DNA of 64,000 nt from Convolutriloba macropyga (Eukaryota), in contig NC_134475.1 in NCBI RefSeq assembly GCF_964194025.1, positions 16,430,001 through 16,494,000 of the forward strand. Direction: 5' to 3'. Below the pieces are notes generated by a model. It had not been told where the DNA came from. It did not search any database and saw only the letters and a list, made by a program, of their open reading frames with translations. Position numbers and translations under genes: made by a program. Shown piece by piece: positions 27,430 to 40,001 of this stretch (position 1 is the first letter of the stretch; every line of letters begins with the position of its first letter).

Positions 27430-30400
27430 ATGTCCCTTTTAAAAAATAACTCTTCAAATAGTAATTCGTTCAACAACGACAAAGCAACATTGGAACATGG
27501 ACAAAGAGCAGAGGAAAATACCTCAAATTTTGTCTACAACCCGAATCACAAATTACCCATTTATACGCAAAGATCCCGATTGCCAATATACGCATCTAGA
27601 AGTGAGATTTTGTATCTGTTAGAGAAGTTCCAGGTCCTTGTGCTGGTGGGAGAGACGGGATCTGGGAAGTCCAGTCAAGTGCCACAGTACTTGCTTGAAG
27701 TTGGATGGGCACATAATCGGTGATGAGCATTAGAATCATTGCACATGTATTACTTTTGCAATTATACCTATAAAATGCTGATTCGTTCTTTTTTCAAAAA
27801 GTTTAATTGTTGATTAATTTGTTGATGAAGGTTTTGAAGCTTTTAACGCTCAAATGATAGTTTCAAGTTACATGGTTAAAATTAAGAGCTTCAACTGATA
27901 AATTGCTCTCGAACTAACTTTGACACATATATTGTAAACATGTTGGTCTTTTTATGCAGATTTTTGCTTGACCGTTTTTGCGCTTTTCTTCTAGAACCTT
28001 CTTTGACTTAGCAAGTGACTTTTTCATGCTGCACTTCTTCATTTTTAGTGATCTCAATTGGTCTCATCGTTTGCTGCCAATATAAAAGCGATTGTGAGTG
28101 GTTGAGGAACAAAGCCGTTGTAAGTTAGTGGTTAAGATGGCAGATCGATATCCGGAAGTCGGGGGTGCGAACCCCCACGAGGTCGGAGTTTTTGCGCCCA
28201 TAAAAAATTTCATAAGCTATACACCTAAATTAGATTGACCCGCCTGTTGTTCGAGAGCAATTTATCCGACATTATTGGCTTTTGTCTAAGTGTCAATTTA
28301 ATCCTGGAAACAGCTCTTACTGAATGATCACCTGAGTTGGCTTTTACCAGTAACCGTATCCAAGAAATCTAAATATTGTCAAAGATCTAAGCCAACTAAC
28401 CAAAAATTTACACTAAGGTTATCTGGTCACCGGACAATAGATTTAAAGGACAATATATCGAGAAAAATTGGGACAATAGATTGAAAATTAATCTGATCGC
28501 ATTGGCTGAAATTAAGCGTTGTTTGCGAGCTGGCATAAAATTGATACATCTGGCCTCGCGAGCCATAGCCATGCCTTAACGGCCGGTGGGACTTGATATG
28601 AATCTATCACAACCGAACAATATATCACGACTGAACTTTTAATGCCTTGTATATGTGAGCGCTTGAATCTGGCTGGCCGATACGCAACTTGAATAATTTG
28701 ATTTTCGATCTATTGTCCTAGTACCAGGTTATCTTGACCGTTATGAACACAAATTCTCATGATGAACATCACCTTTGTGTTAGAAAAATGATAGCAGTCA
28801 CTCAGCCTAGACGAGTTGCCGCTGTCTCTTTAGCAGCCAGAGTAGCCGAGGAACGCAACTGTATTTTGGGCGACGAAGTCGGATATTCGATTCGGTTTGA
28901 CGATTGCACATCACCCAGTACCAAGATTAAATTTCTTACTGACGGGCTATTGGTTCGCGAAATGATGGGTGACCCATTGCTTGAAAAGTATTCGGTCATA
29001 ATGCTTGACGAAGCGCATGAACGAAGTATAAATACAGACTTATTAGCTGCTTTGTTGAAAAAGATTTTGAAGAAGAGAAAAGATTTAAGGGTTATTATGT
29101 CCAGCGCGACTATCGACGCTCACAAAATGAAGGACTATTTTAATGTGAAGGAACGTGGCAACAATAACGATAATGCAGCCATTTTGCAAATTGAAGGTCG
29201 TTGTTATCCCGTCGACATAATGTACTCGAAACATCCGGTTGATGATTATGTAAAAGCTACTGTTGATACAGTTTTAATGATTCATAAGACCAACGCCCCT
29301 GGTGATATTCTTGCATTTCTAACGGGTCAAGACGAGGTTGAAGAATGCTGTCGTCTACTTACTGAAAAACTGAAGACGTTTTCGTCCAAAACTAAGTACA
29401 GAATCCAGTCGGTGCCTATGTATTCAAACTTGCCTGCCAGAGAACAATTAAAGGTTTTTCAGCGAGCACCCAGTGGGACTCGAAAAGTGATTTTCTCAAC
29501 AAATATTGCTGAAACCTCGATTACTATTGATAACATTATTCACATAATTGATTGTGGCTTTGTTAAAACTACAGTTTATGATCCAGATTTCAATACTGAA
29601 ACGTTGACAGTTTTACCCATCTCACAAGCATCGGCCAATCAGCGTTGCGGAAGGGCGGGAAGGGTCACGTCAGGAAAATGCTATCGACTTTACTCCGAAG
29701 AAGAATTTCTCAAACTGAAACCCCAATCTGTGCCCGAACTCCAAAGAAGTTCCATGGCTTTCCCAATTTTGCAGTTGAAAGCTTTGGGTGTCTCTAATGT
29801 TGCAAAGTTTGACTATTTATCCCCTCCCCCGGCCAAGAATTTTTCGCGAGCGCTGGAATTGCTTTACTCTTTAGGGGCAATTGACCCAAAAGTTGAATTG
29901 ATAAACCCTCTTGGTCATCAAATGGCAGAAATGCCTCTAAACCCGATGTTTGCTAAATGTCTGTTAAAAGCGAGTGAATTTGATTGCTCCGAAGAAATTC
30001 TAACATTATGTGCCTTGATGCAAATTAAAAATTTATTCCATGTTCCTTCAAGCGGAAAAGAGAAAATGAAAGCTGCCAGAGTTCAGAGAGAATTTTATGC
30101 AATGGAGGGTGATCATATGACGAATTTAAACGTATTCACCACTTTTGTCAACAACCGTCGGAGTAAATCGTGGTGTGACAAATATTACGCAAGCTACGCT
30201 TCACTTAACAGAGCATATAATATCAGAGAACAGTTGCTAAAGTATGTTCAGAGATTTGGAATCGAGATGTCATCGGCTAAAGGCTTCGACGATGACAAAG
30301 TTTTGAAGTGTTTATGTTCGGGGTTCTTTGCAAACGTGGCAATATACACTTCAAGAGGCTGTTTTAAAAGTTTGCGAGATCCAGTTAAATCGCCGGATTT

Positions 30401-30566
30401 ATTCATTCACCCTGATTCAGTATTGTATACTGTGCCCTTTAAAAGTGGAACTTATGTTCTCTTCACGGAAACTGTGCATTCTACAAAGATGTACCTGAGA
30501 GAATGTTCTGTTGTCAAATCCGATTGGCTTTTAGAAGTTGCTCCGCATTTTTATTCAGTAAGATGA
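27430..30566 (+). CDS. DHX35: DEAH-box RNA helicase DHX35 (exons 27430-27719, 28784-30566; ~690 aa)
   Basis: GETGSGKS, TQPRRVAA, DEAH, SAT, STNIAETS and QRCGRAGR motifs. The N-terminal FVYNP...QR.RLP segment is typical of DHX35. The GT-AG join gives HNRKMIAVTQPRR. Confidence 0.9.
27901..28283 (+). mobile_element. HINE family 1 subtype C carrying a tRNA-like module, in the DHX35 intron
   Basis: subTIRs aattgctctcgaac and gttcgagagcaatt. A-box/B-box-like segment at 28114-28185. Confidence 0.7.
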
Positions 30567-32799
30567 ACTGTAAAGTCCCTGGGTGAAGAGCAGTTGTGTT
30601 CGAGTAGTTACGAGCTGATTAGGTTCAGAGTCCTAACGGTTTGTATACTATTGCAAGTTTGCACAAGAATGCTTGTCTGATTACAATGGGAACGTTGATG
30701 AAATCTAAGTCGAGTAACTGAATCGACCAGATAGGTGCTTTGATTGAACCTAATTTTTTCATGATGAGTTTTGTGTAGTCAGTTATACATGCTTTTCGAC
30801 GTAGTGTTAGTTGAGTGACAGATGATCGGCCTCATTGAGTGAAACCATTAACCGCGATGAAGAACAGTAGTCTAATAAAAATTTAATTGCAATTTTTGCA
30901 TTCTCGGTTTTCGATCCATAGAGAGTCCAGAAAAACAATTTGACAATTAAACTTAAGAAAATTGCGCACTTTTTTAATCATATTTCAAAATATTGCTCTC
31001 TATTGTTGATTACAGAGAGCCAATTGCTGGCATGATGACGCTAGGTTTGAATTTACTCTCTGGATTTTGTGATTTTTAAGATACTTCTCAATTAGTTTCA
31101 ATAACCTTAACCTAACATTGCTTGAGCCCGCCCGTTAACTCCCTAATGCCAGCATCCCTAAGCACTAGCTGGCTACAACCGTAGCCAACCGCTCGCCTGT
31201 CATTTGCGAGCAATTAGTGGCTTAACGTTAGTCGGTTATGTTCTTTTTTAATTTAAATCTTAGCAATCCGTCAGACATAGTCGAGGGTAATTCGAAAGCC
31301 AATAGTCTGACTTTGGTTGATTTGATTTATATTTGAACGATGTCAGAATTTTGAACCCAGATTGCTGATGGTGAAAGGAGTGAAACCCTTGCGTAGAACT
31401 TTTGGGCTTCTTAGATGTCTGTCGCTATATATTTTTTTCATAATGTCACAAAATTATTTATGCTAACAAGGACATTTGCTATAATACAAACTTTATAATA
31501 CACAATTTTTGAAGAAGCACAGTCAATATGTTTATTTGGTGATGTATTTTTGGTTGCTGAATCTTGATTTACTTGTCTCTAAAAATTGAATCTGTTTTGT
31601 TTCAGATCCTCGAGCATAATGGTCTAAAAATGTTGATTCCCGGAACGCACACGATCGAAGAGTAATGTAACATATGGCTTTGGGCAGAAAATCTGTTTGA
31701 AAAAAGAGCTGTATAACCAAAAGATAGAAGGCATTTCCAACAATGCTGTTAAATGGTGACAATAGCGAACTACTTAGTAAGCGGACTGACATGGAGATAA
31801 ATTTAAATTTAATTTTTAACGAGACGTAAGAATATGACGTCATTTAAATAATATTAGCAGGTCGCAACAGGTGCTGAGTATATCCCAGCTTCCTGTCAGA
31901 AAGAATTCAATCTGTTTTTCCAGACACAGCTGACGTGACGTCTGATTATGGTAGACGCGCTTTTCATCGTCAATCAGATTCAAAAATATTTTTAAGCGTA
32001 GCTCTTATTATTACTCGATCTAAATCTTAAAAACTTCTTAAATCCTTAAATCGGTTTATGTTTGAACCAGTGCCTTGCACCATTTGGATTGTTGCTAGAT
32101 AGCATTTCACTAAGTAGAGAATCTAACATCTGCGTTCGTGACGTCAACGTTTTGTGTCCTTAAAGTTGTTGGATGATCTGAAACAATAGTTCTTTCTAAT
32201 TGCGCACAGGTGATTATAGTAACTTTTTAGCAATTATATTGTTATTTTTGATTTCACTTCTGTGAGATAATTTTCTGACTGATTGCTTTCGTTGTGCATT
32301 GCTTTCTTTCGAAAGCAACTTAGGAGATTACATTTGGCTTTGATGTCTTTGACGGCTTTCGTAGATATTCAGTTATTCCTAGATGGCACGGACTCGTCCT
32401 TAAGTTCATGTGACACAAGCTTTGACAATTTTATAATTTTCCGTTGAAGATTTTTAACTATTGACTAGTCTTTACAAAAATACGAAATACAGAAAGCAAT
32501 TTCAGTATGTTTGCCTTGAAGAACAGTTCATTTTCAGAGTTTATTTAATTGGCTTGGTACGAGATCAGATTGAGCGGAAGTTAATCCTTTGGCGCTACAA
32601 TTTAATTGCAATGTTTTTAGAACATAGAAAGTTCAGATGAGTACTTGGTCTAAAATTATAGCTAAATCTATTTTTCAGTTTAATTTTTTCTGGGCGATGA
32701 TGGCGAATTCTGACATTTAACTGCTCTCAAATAAAGTATAGAGCAGTTGTTTTAGTCCCAAGTTTTCAATTTTTTGTACCGATTTTTTCTAAACGATGT

Positions 32800-33630
32800 T
32801 TCTTGCGACCATGTTTTAGAGACAAAGCTATTGGTCAAAGCGGCCTGAACTACGGTGCTCCCATTTGGGCTTCCACAATTAGCAATGCAAACTGGAACTA
32901 TCTGCAAACGCAACAAATCATTGCTCTTCGTGCAATTACTGGCTGTTTAAAAATGTCTGACATCAATGACTTACACAATGAGGGTGAAATGCTTCCTGTC
33001 AAAGCTCACACTGAAATGTTAGCAGAGCAATTCCTAGCTGGCAGTTATCAGTGCCACTGTGCTGATCATGAAACAACCGCTTCAACCAGTCTTTGTCCCA
33101 TAAGACCGACACTAAATGATGCTTATAGGGACCGCGTGAATTAACACAAAAACAATAAAGAGAAATTAAATAGCAAAGAACACAAAAATGCGCTCAAAAG
33201 TATCCTCCGACTCACGGTCCATACTCAGCTGAACAAAGACAGCAAGCAACTAGGCACACCTCCCCAAGAGATAGCAGAACAAACGTTGCCATGATATGCA
33301 CGTATCCGACTAGCGCAATTGATGACTGGATACTGTCCCCTGCTAAACTCACTGCATTTTTAACTGCAGTAAGAATACAACGGACCTGAAAGTAATTGAC
33401 CTGTGGGAAAGACCAGTAGAGGTAGCCAAATGGCTGGACTTAATTCCATCAGTCCAACACGATCGCACTGCACAGAATAATCCGCCTTTCTTGCCCCATT
33501 CCCCTGATGTTAACGATGCCCCTCCTGGTCCCCTAACCCGGGGACCGCATATCATTCAGCACGGTGTTGATGCAGAAATTTAGCCGCACCACAAGCAAGT
33601 TGTGGATAGGCAGTCACTCACTACTACTAG
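32800..33630 (+). mobile_element. Non-LTR retrotransposon 3' fragment (I/Jockey-like RT C-terminus)
   Basis: NYGAPIW...LQTQQ..ALRAITG...LH.E..MLPV and RLAQLMTGYCPLLNS, followed by a cta-rich tail. Confidence 0.7.
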
Positions 33631-33785
33631 TATACCTATTATTATTATCTAGGATACCAGTTAAAACGGAAATAAGCGCCGGTACCCCGCCAAAATTACC
33701 CCCGAATTGCTGCTCTGTGAAGGCTGCAACAACAACCATATTTTAGGTAACTTGTTTCCACTGGACTTCTTGATTCTCGCACGAT

Positions 33786-34590
33786 ATATTGCTCTCATTC
33801 AGAGTCTGAGCAGCATAATTTGGCGGCAGTTTAATGTATAGTCTTAAAGTGCGCCAAAAATTGTTTCATTTATGAATTCAAAACTCGTTGTTTAGAGTTA
33901 ACATTTATAAAAAGCACTTGAAACTGATTATGCAAACCAAACCGCGCTTCCTGTTTAAGCAAAAATAATTTTTCACAGGTCGGTTGAGAGCAGTTCGTCA
34001 GACATTAGTCGATCGTTTCTTTTATTTGCAGTTGTTTTTGAAGGCTTTATTTGAAGCTAACCATTGCTTTTTTGCTATTTTGGTGTCTTCGGCGCTCAGT
34101 GGTTGTTCGAGAGCAATTCGTCCTTAATTAGTTGTTCGTTTTTATTTTCAATTACATTTGAAGGTACTTATTGCTTTTTTGGAGTTTTATCGTTTGCTCA
34201 AATTTTTTGTAAACCACCTTTTTGCTGAAACATTTGAATTGATCCCACTGCAGACCGATTGTTTGAGAGCAATTCTTTTGACCTTATTCGTTTGCAATTT
34301 TGCAGTTATTGCAGTTTTGGTGACTGTCGCTTCAATAACCATTGTATTTCTGCTACTTTATTTGTTGCTCAATATTTTTGTTAAACAGCTAGTATAGACG
34401 CCCTTTCTGCTTCAGCGCTATTAATTGATTGCACCGCCTTCCAGTCTTTTAAGAGCTATTCGTCCGACATTAGTGGGTTTTTTATTTATTGGTAACTATT
34501 GAATCTAAGTTTGTTGGTTGCCAAATGCTTTTTGATCCCACCGCCAACCGGTTGTTTGAGAGAAATTTATCTGATATGAGACAATTGTTT
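33786..34590 (+). mobile_element. HINE family 1 element followed by tandem extra 3' ends
   Basis: One 5' end (attgctctc) and five gagagcaatt + hairpin modules at ~33983, 34105, 34261, 34451 and 34555. Confidence 0.6.
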
Positions 34591-36569
34591 TATTTATTGG
34601 TAACTATTAACTATTGCTTTTTTGAAACTTTCTTGGTTGTTCAGTTTTTTTTTAGAATTTTGGAAGTTAGAGATCTCATCCAAACAAGAGTCTGTGCTGC
34701 CGATTAACATCTTATATAGGTTTTACTGTTGTAAAAATGATGGTGGAAAAATCAGTTTTTCCGTTTTTTAATTGGTTGCGAATGAAAAGCAATTATTGTA
34801 GACGTGTATATTTTTTTTTCGAAGAGGAGAAATGGTTTTCTATCGGTCTTTTTTTGTTTTTTACAGGATGTAGATTTGTTCAAGCGGCATTTTGACCTAC
34901 AAACAAACTTGAGAAAAGCTGTCATGGTGGACAGATTTCTGCTGAGCAAGAAAAGTTTTTTGATCATGAGCTGCATTCAGTGAATGAATTTTTGACTTTA
35001 AAAATTGTTTTTGAGAGAGGCGATTATAAATAACCGTTTTTTTTGTCCATTTGGCTCAGTAGTTATTGTAATTTGGTTTTTGTAGAAATATTTTTTGCTC
35101 GATGCTGCATTATAGGTTACTTCCATAAAAGTTACTTCCATAAAGTTACTTCAATTAAAATTACTTCCATGAAGTTTTGCAGCGCCTAGTTATGCTTTTC
35201 AAGTCTAAAGTAAATTGGGCCATTTTTCTCTATTTTTTTTAAGTTAATTTCTGGAATTATTTCTTTTCTTCACTTTGGGATCTTTGAGAATCTACTTTGG
35301 GAATTATTTTCTTCACTTTGGGATCTTTGAGTGGTCTTTTATGAACAATCAGTGTATGTGGCAAAGTCCTTGTGACAATTCATGAATTGAATACCTGTTT
35401 TTTTGGGAAAAAAACGTGAGATTTTTTATAAATTTGTACATATACTAATCCGATTTTGGTGGTTTTCGTCCAATTTTGTTATTTTGTTTTTGACTATTTG
35501 TAGAAAAAATTTTGCTGTTCCCAGCCAGTGTTTTAATTTTATGTTATTGAAATTTGTTTTCTTATTGTAGTTAAATCTGTGAAGTTCATTAAAAATTTGT
35601 TCCTTTGTTAAAATTTTAACAACTGGACAATTTTTCTGCAGATTTTTTTTTTTCAAATTTTTGAATCTGAAATCATTTTTCACTTATTTTGTTTTCACAG
35701 AAGGATGACTATTTAACGTTTTTAAGCCGTGATTATTTTTATATGTGAGCGAGCAAAGAAACCGGAAGTTCAGGGAGTGAACAAAGTTTGAAAAATTTGT
35801 TTTGCCGATCAATTCGAAGAGCGGAGAAAAGATAATGGTTATTTTCTTTATACCTTCTTTTGAAATAGATCAAGAGTTGTAGGTGTGAAAAATTTTTTAA
35901 GCGAGCTATTTCAACGTGCTTCCTTTGAAGTTTTATTTTTAGTTTTAAGTTTTGTAGACTATCGGGTTATTGCAGACCAAAGTATTACTATTCAGCCTGT
36001 TTTAATAACTTTCTGATGTCTTGAAAACGGACATTTAAGGCTATTTTGATCGTTTTACAACGTTTTTGGTATTTTTTAGTCAATTTTTGGCCCATTTTTT
36101 TGTTTTATTCAATTTGTTGCCAAAAATTTTATGCCTGTAGGCATTGTTTTCTACAAAGGATACAAGTTTGTTTTTGTCACAAGTTGTCGTTTTCCATGAA
36201 ATTCGACAAAAATTGAAATTTGATACAAATTCTCATTTCGTTTCTCTGATTTCTTCAGTTTTCTCCGGACAAAAATGTTTGTGAGATCATTAAGGCTTGG
36301 GTTATATTTTGTGTTTAGATTACCAAATTTTATTGCTTGAGACATGTTTTGTCTGTCTGTGTGATTGTACTATGTGAAAAAGGAACTGAGTTTTCGTGAT
36401 TTTAGTTTAATTTGGCTATTTTTTTCACTCACTGACTATATGTTGTTATTTTCTCTGCTTTCATGCGTTTATTGAGAAGATATTAGATATTTTAAAGGCC
36501 AGTTCTGTCGGGGAATACGACTTCGAGTCGGTTTCGGAGTTTTTCCGGCTAATTTTGTTGTGCACATGT

Positions 36570-36920
36570 TCGCGTGACCATTTTGCGCTTTTCTAGAATC
36601 ATTTTTGACTACGCAAGTGAATTTTTCACACTTTTCTTATTGATATTTCAGTGGTTTCAATTGCTTTCACTCCGAGCTAAAATTTGTTTATCAAACAAAA
36701 CCGATTGTTAGAGAGTAGATAACAAGGCCCTGATAGCCGAGTTGTTAATACCTCCGCTGAGGTGACGGAATCGGACTCAGGAGGTCGGTTGTCGAATCCA
36801 AACTTCGGCTGATGTTTTTGCACCCATAAAGAAAAAAATATCAAGGCTACAGTGCCTAAATCAAATTGCGTCGCCTGTCATTCGAGAGCCATTTTTCCTA
36901 CGTTAGTCGGTGTATGTTTC
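36570..36920 (+). mobile_element. HINE family 1 subtype C (5' truncated), with tRNA-like module
   Basis: tagccgagttgttaa...gtcgaatcc, then tttttgcacccataaag and 3' tcgagagcc...cgttagtcgg. Confidence 0.65.
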
Positions 36921-38389
36921 TTCGTCGAAACTTTGCCTGCAGTTGTGTAGTTTTCAAGTCAATTTATATAAGTCTAATGCCAGTGTATAAATGCCATTTT
37001 ATGCAGCTATTATTGGGTGGTGGCGAATAATTCTTTCCTGTTGTCTGAAAATGAAGAACCAATTAAATTAGAAAAAGCTTTACGTACCAAAACCACCTGG
37101 AGCATTTCACATCAAAGGTGAACGCTTTTCACCTGGTTGACCAATATAGTTTTATGGGTGTGTCATTAATAGCTTTAAAGCTTTGTGCTTGTTCACTTTG
37201 ACTGCGTTTTCTCACTGCTTACATCGTCACGCCTAGTTGCTAGGTGAGACTTCATTTTCAAAGTACACAAATGAACAAAATTTTTGTTTCCATTAACTTC
37301 TGTAAACAAGTTAGCGCATGTTTTGCCCTGATAATGGTTTGTTCAAATGTTCTCCAACTGTTATGTGCACTCGCTGAGTTATATAAAATTGAATCAATGG
37401 CGAATACCTTGAAAATCTCTAGCTGACGGTTTATTGTGTTAGTGACTCGGATAAATATTTCTTCCTTCTGTATAGCTTAACAAGGTGAATACTAGTTAAC
37501 AGGGCGAAGCTCAACAACTGTTTCAACCAAGATGTTTGCTTTTAGAGAGGTAGACAAAGCGTCAACAGAGGGCAGAAGTTTAAAAAAGCTGGTATATTGT
37601 CATAAAACAGCTGCGGTTACCTTATGCAATTATTTCTCTTCCCGGTCTTTTTATGCAATTTTTTCTCTTCACAGTTTTTGCGCTTTCGTGTGAGAACATT
37701 GTTTGAATGCTTGTGACTTTTCCACAAGTTCTTCATTTTTGACTGGCCTAAGTTGCTCTCGTTCTGAAATAAAGTTCCTTGGTAAAAGCGATTGTGAACG
37801 AATGAAATCGAAAGCATTGTGGCTGATTGGTGTAGATGTCAGTTTGCCTACCTGGATGTCAGTGATTTGATCCCTTGTGGGGCCTTTTTTGTGCTCCTAA
37901 ATTTTTTCTCAACTACTCCCCTCAAATTTAAGTAAGGGAGGTTTTTAAAATTCTACTTCACTAGATAATCGAAAACTAGAAAATCCAAAAATTCGTAAAC
38001 GACTGAATCGGCCATTTTTGAGTTTTTGAATGATGTCACTTCAATTCTCGGCGCAGGCATAAAAATCGACCGCATGCGTCTTGGTAAAAAGTTCGCTTGG
38101 GATAAAATTCCGCCCCCGAAGTTGGGGTTGGAAAATGAGAGGTGGGGCTATATGACAGAAATCAAACTCGTAATACCGTCATAAGTTTTAGTTATAAGTG
38201 TCAAAATCTGCCTGGAAATGCCGGTCCTGGAGGGGGGGGGGTGTTCAAGCAGCTCGAATTGAAAACATATGAATGCACTCACTTATGGTAAAAATTAGAT
38301 TATGATGAATTATTAATGGCGATTGCAAGTGAAATTGTTATTTGTCTTCAGATACTTAATGAATATCTTCAGATGAGAACATTCTAAAC

Positions 38390-39581
38390 ATGCCTTCAGA
38401 TCTCCCGTTAAAGGTCAAAATTGGTCCCTCTATTCTGAATTCTGACCTGTCATGTTTAGCAGACGAATGCAACAGTCTAATTAAAAATGGCGCTGACTAT
38501 CTTCACTTGGATGTAATGGATGGCCATTTTGTACCCAATTTAACCTTTGGGGCTCCTGTAGTTAAGAGTTTGAGGAAACATGTTGAAAGGAGTGTGTTGT
38601 TTGATATGCACATGATGGTAGCTGAGCCTGAAAAATGGATCCAAGGGAACTTTTTCACACTAATTGTCGCTAGAACCGGCATACACCACATCATTATTAT
38701 GTAGTCGCATATCAACCTCTTGGCCGCATATTATAAAGAGACGAAATTGCTCATGGAATTTATTGAAATGAAAGCGTGTAGATTGGGATTGAACGCAGAA
38801 ATGGTATCGTTCGGCCGTCAAAGAAATTTTTCCCAAGAAACATGCGCAGGCTGATATCTCAAAGTGTTAATTGTGGACACTATTAAGAATTTGATGATGG
38901 AAAGCTGAACTTGTATTGGTGTAGAATCCGGTGATTTTTCTAATTAGAGTTACGTCTGAGAAATGTCCTTAACATTTTTTTAATTAAGTCAGCTATAAAC
39001 GAACAAACGCAAGCAAACTGCTATTGGCTAATAATTGATTATAAAATATAAGCGGAAATGCACGGTATGCAAATGTTAAATCTATATTTAAGAATTTGCG
39101 ATTTAATTTGAGCAATTCTTGCTGAAATGAAATGGTTCCCTAGCATATTAAAGATATGGCTAATGCCGGCGCCGATCAGTACGTGTTCCATTACGAAGCC
39201 TCCAAAGATCCGGCCAACTGTATCCGGCTAGTGAAGGAATCCGGTATGAAGGTTGGAATGGCTGTGAAACCCAAAACAGACGTTACTCTAGTTGACGAAT
39301 ACGCCGACATGGTCGATTTGGTACTGATTATGACAGTTGAACCCGGTTTTGGAGGTCAAAAGTTCATGGTTGACATGATGCCCAAAGTGGCGCATTTGAG
39401 GCAAAAGTTTCCTAAATTAGAAGTTGAAGTTGATGGAGGAGTTTCTCCAAAAAACGTTGACCAATGTTTTACAGCGGGTGCTAATCAAATTGTCTGTGGA
39501 AGTGCTATTACTCAGAACTCAGACCCAGCGGGTGTAATTAAACAACTGAAAACAATTGCAGATGATGCCTTTAAATTTTGA
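38390..39581 (+). CDS. RPE: Ribulose-phosphate 3-epimerase (exons 38390-38645, 39154-39581; 227 aa; GG-AG intron)
   Basis: [39 protein letters not shown] and EVDGGV motifs. The join gives EKWIQDMANAGA, colinear with animal RPEs. Confidence 0.93.
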
Positions 39582-40001
39582 CTGGGGCAGTGATTTGACA
39601 ATTTTTTTTTGGTATTCTTTTGGTATATATGGATTAACATTAAATGCCCGAGTTTAAACTGTTAAACTGTAGTAAAATGAGTTGTAATACAGAAAAACCA
39701 TTATAGCGTTTTCAAAACTATATCAGATTTTTTCATTTAATAGCGTGATGTTATCGTTTTGCTAGCTCTATTTTTAGGTGCGGGTTTGACGGGCAAGAAG
39801 GCTAAAAAGCACAACATACTCGTCATTATTGAGCATTACCCATAAATCGATTACCGGATTTCGATCTCAACAATGATTGTTATTACTGGAAGTGCCGTTG
39901 TTATCAGTGAATTGAAATGCTTTTATACGGAAGACAACTATGATAATGTGCGTGGTTCATCTGTTTCGATTTCAGTTAAGAAATGTGAAAACATTAACAC
40001 A

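Noticed and set aside
38666-39143. Canonical GT-AG intron for RPE
   Set aside because: In frame, but inserts 10 residues (GNFFTLIHIK) into a length-conserved region. Disfavoured, not excluded without cDNA.
38646-39153. U12-type or self-splicing (group I/II) explanation for the GG introns
   Set aside because: No RTATCCTT donor, TCCTTAAC branch site, GUGYG start or domain V-like structure is visible.
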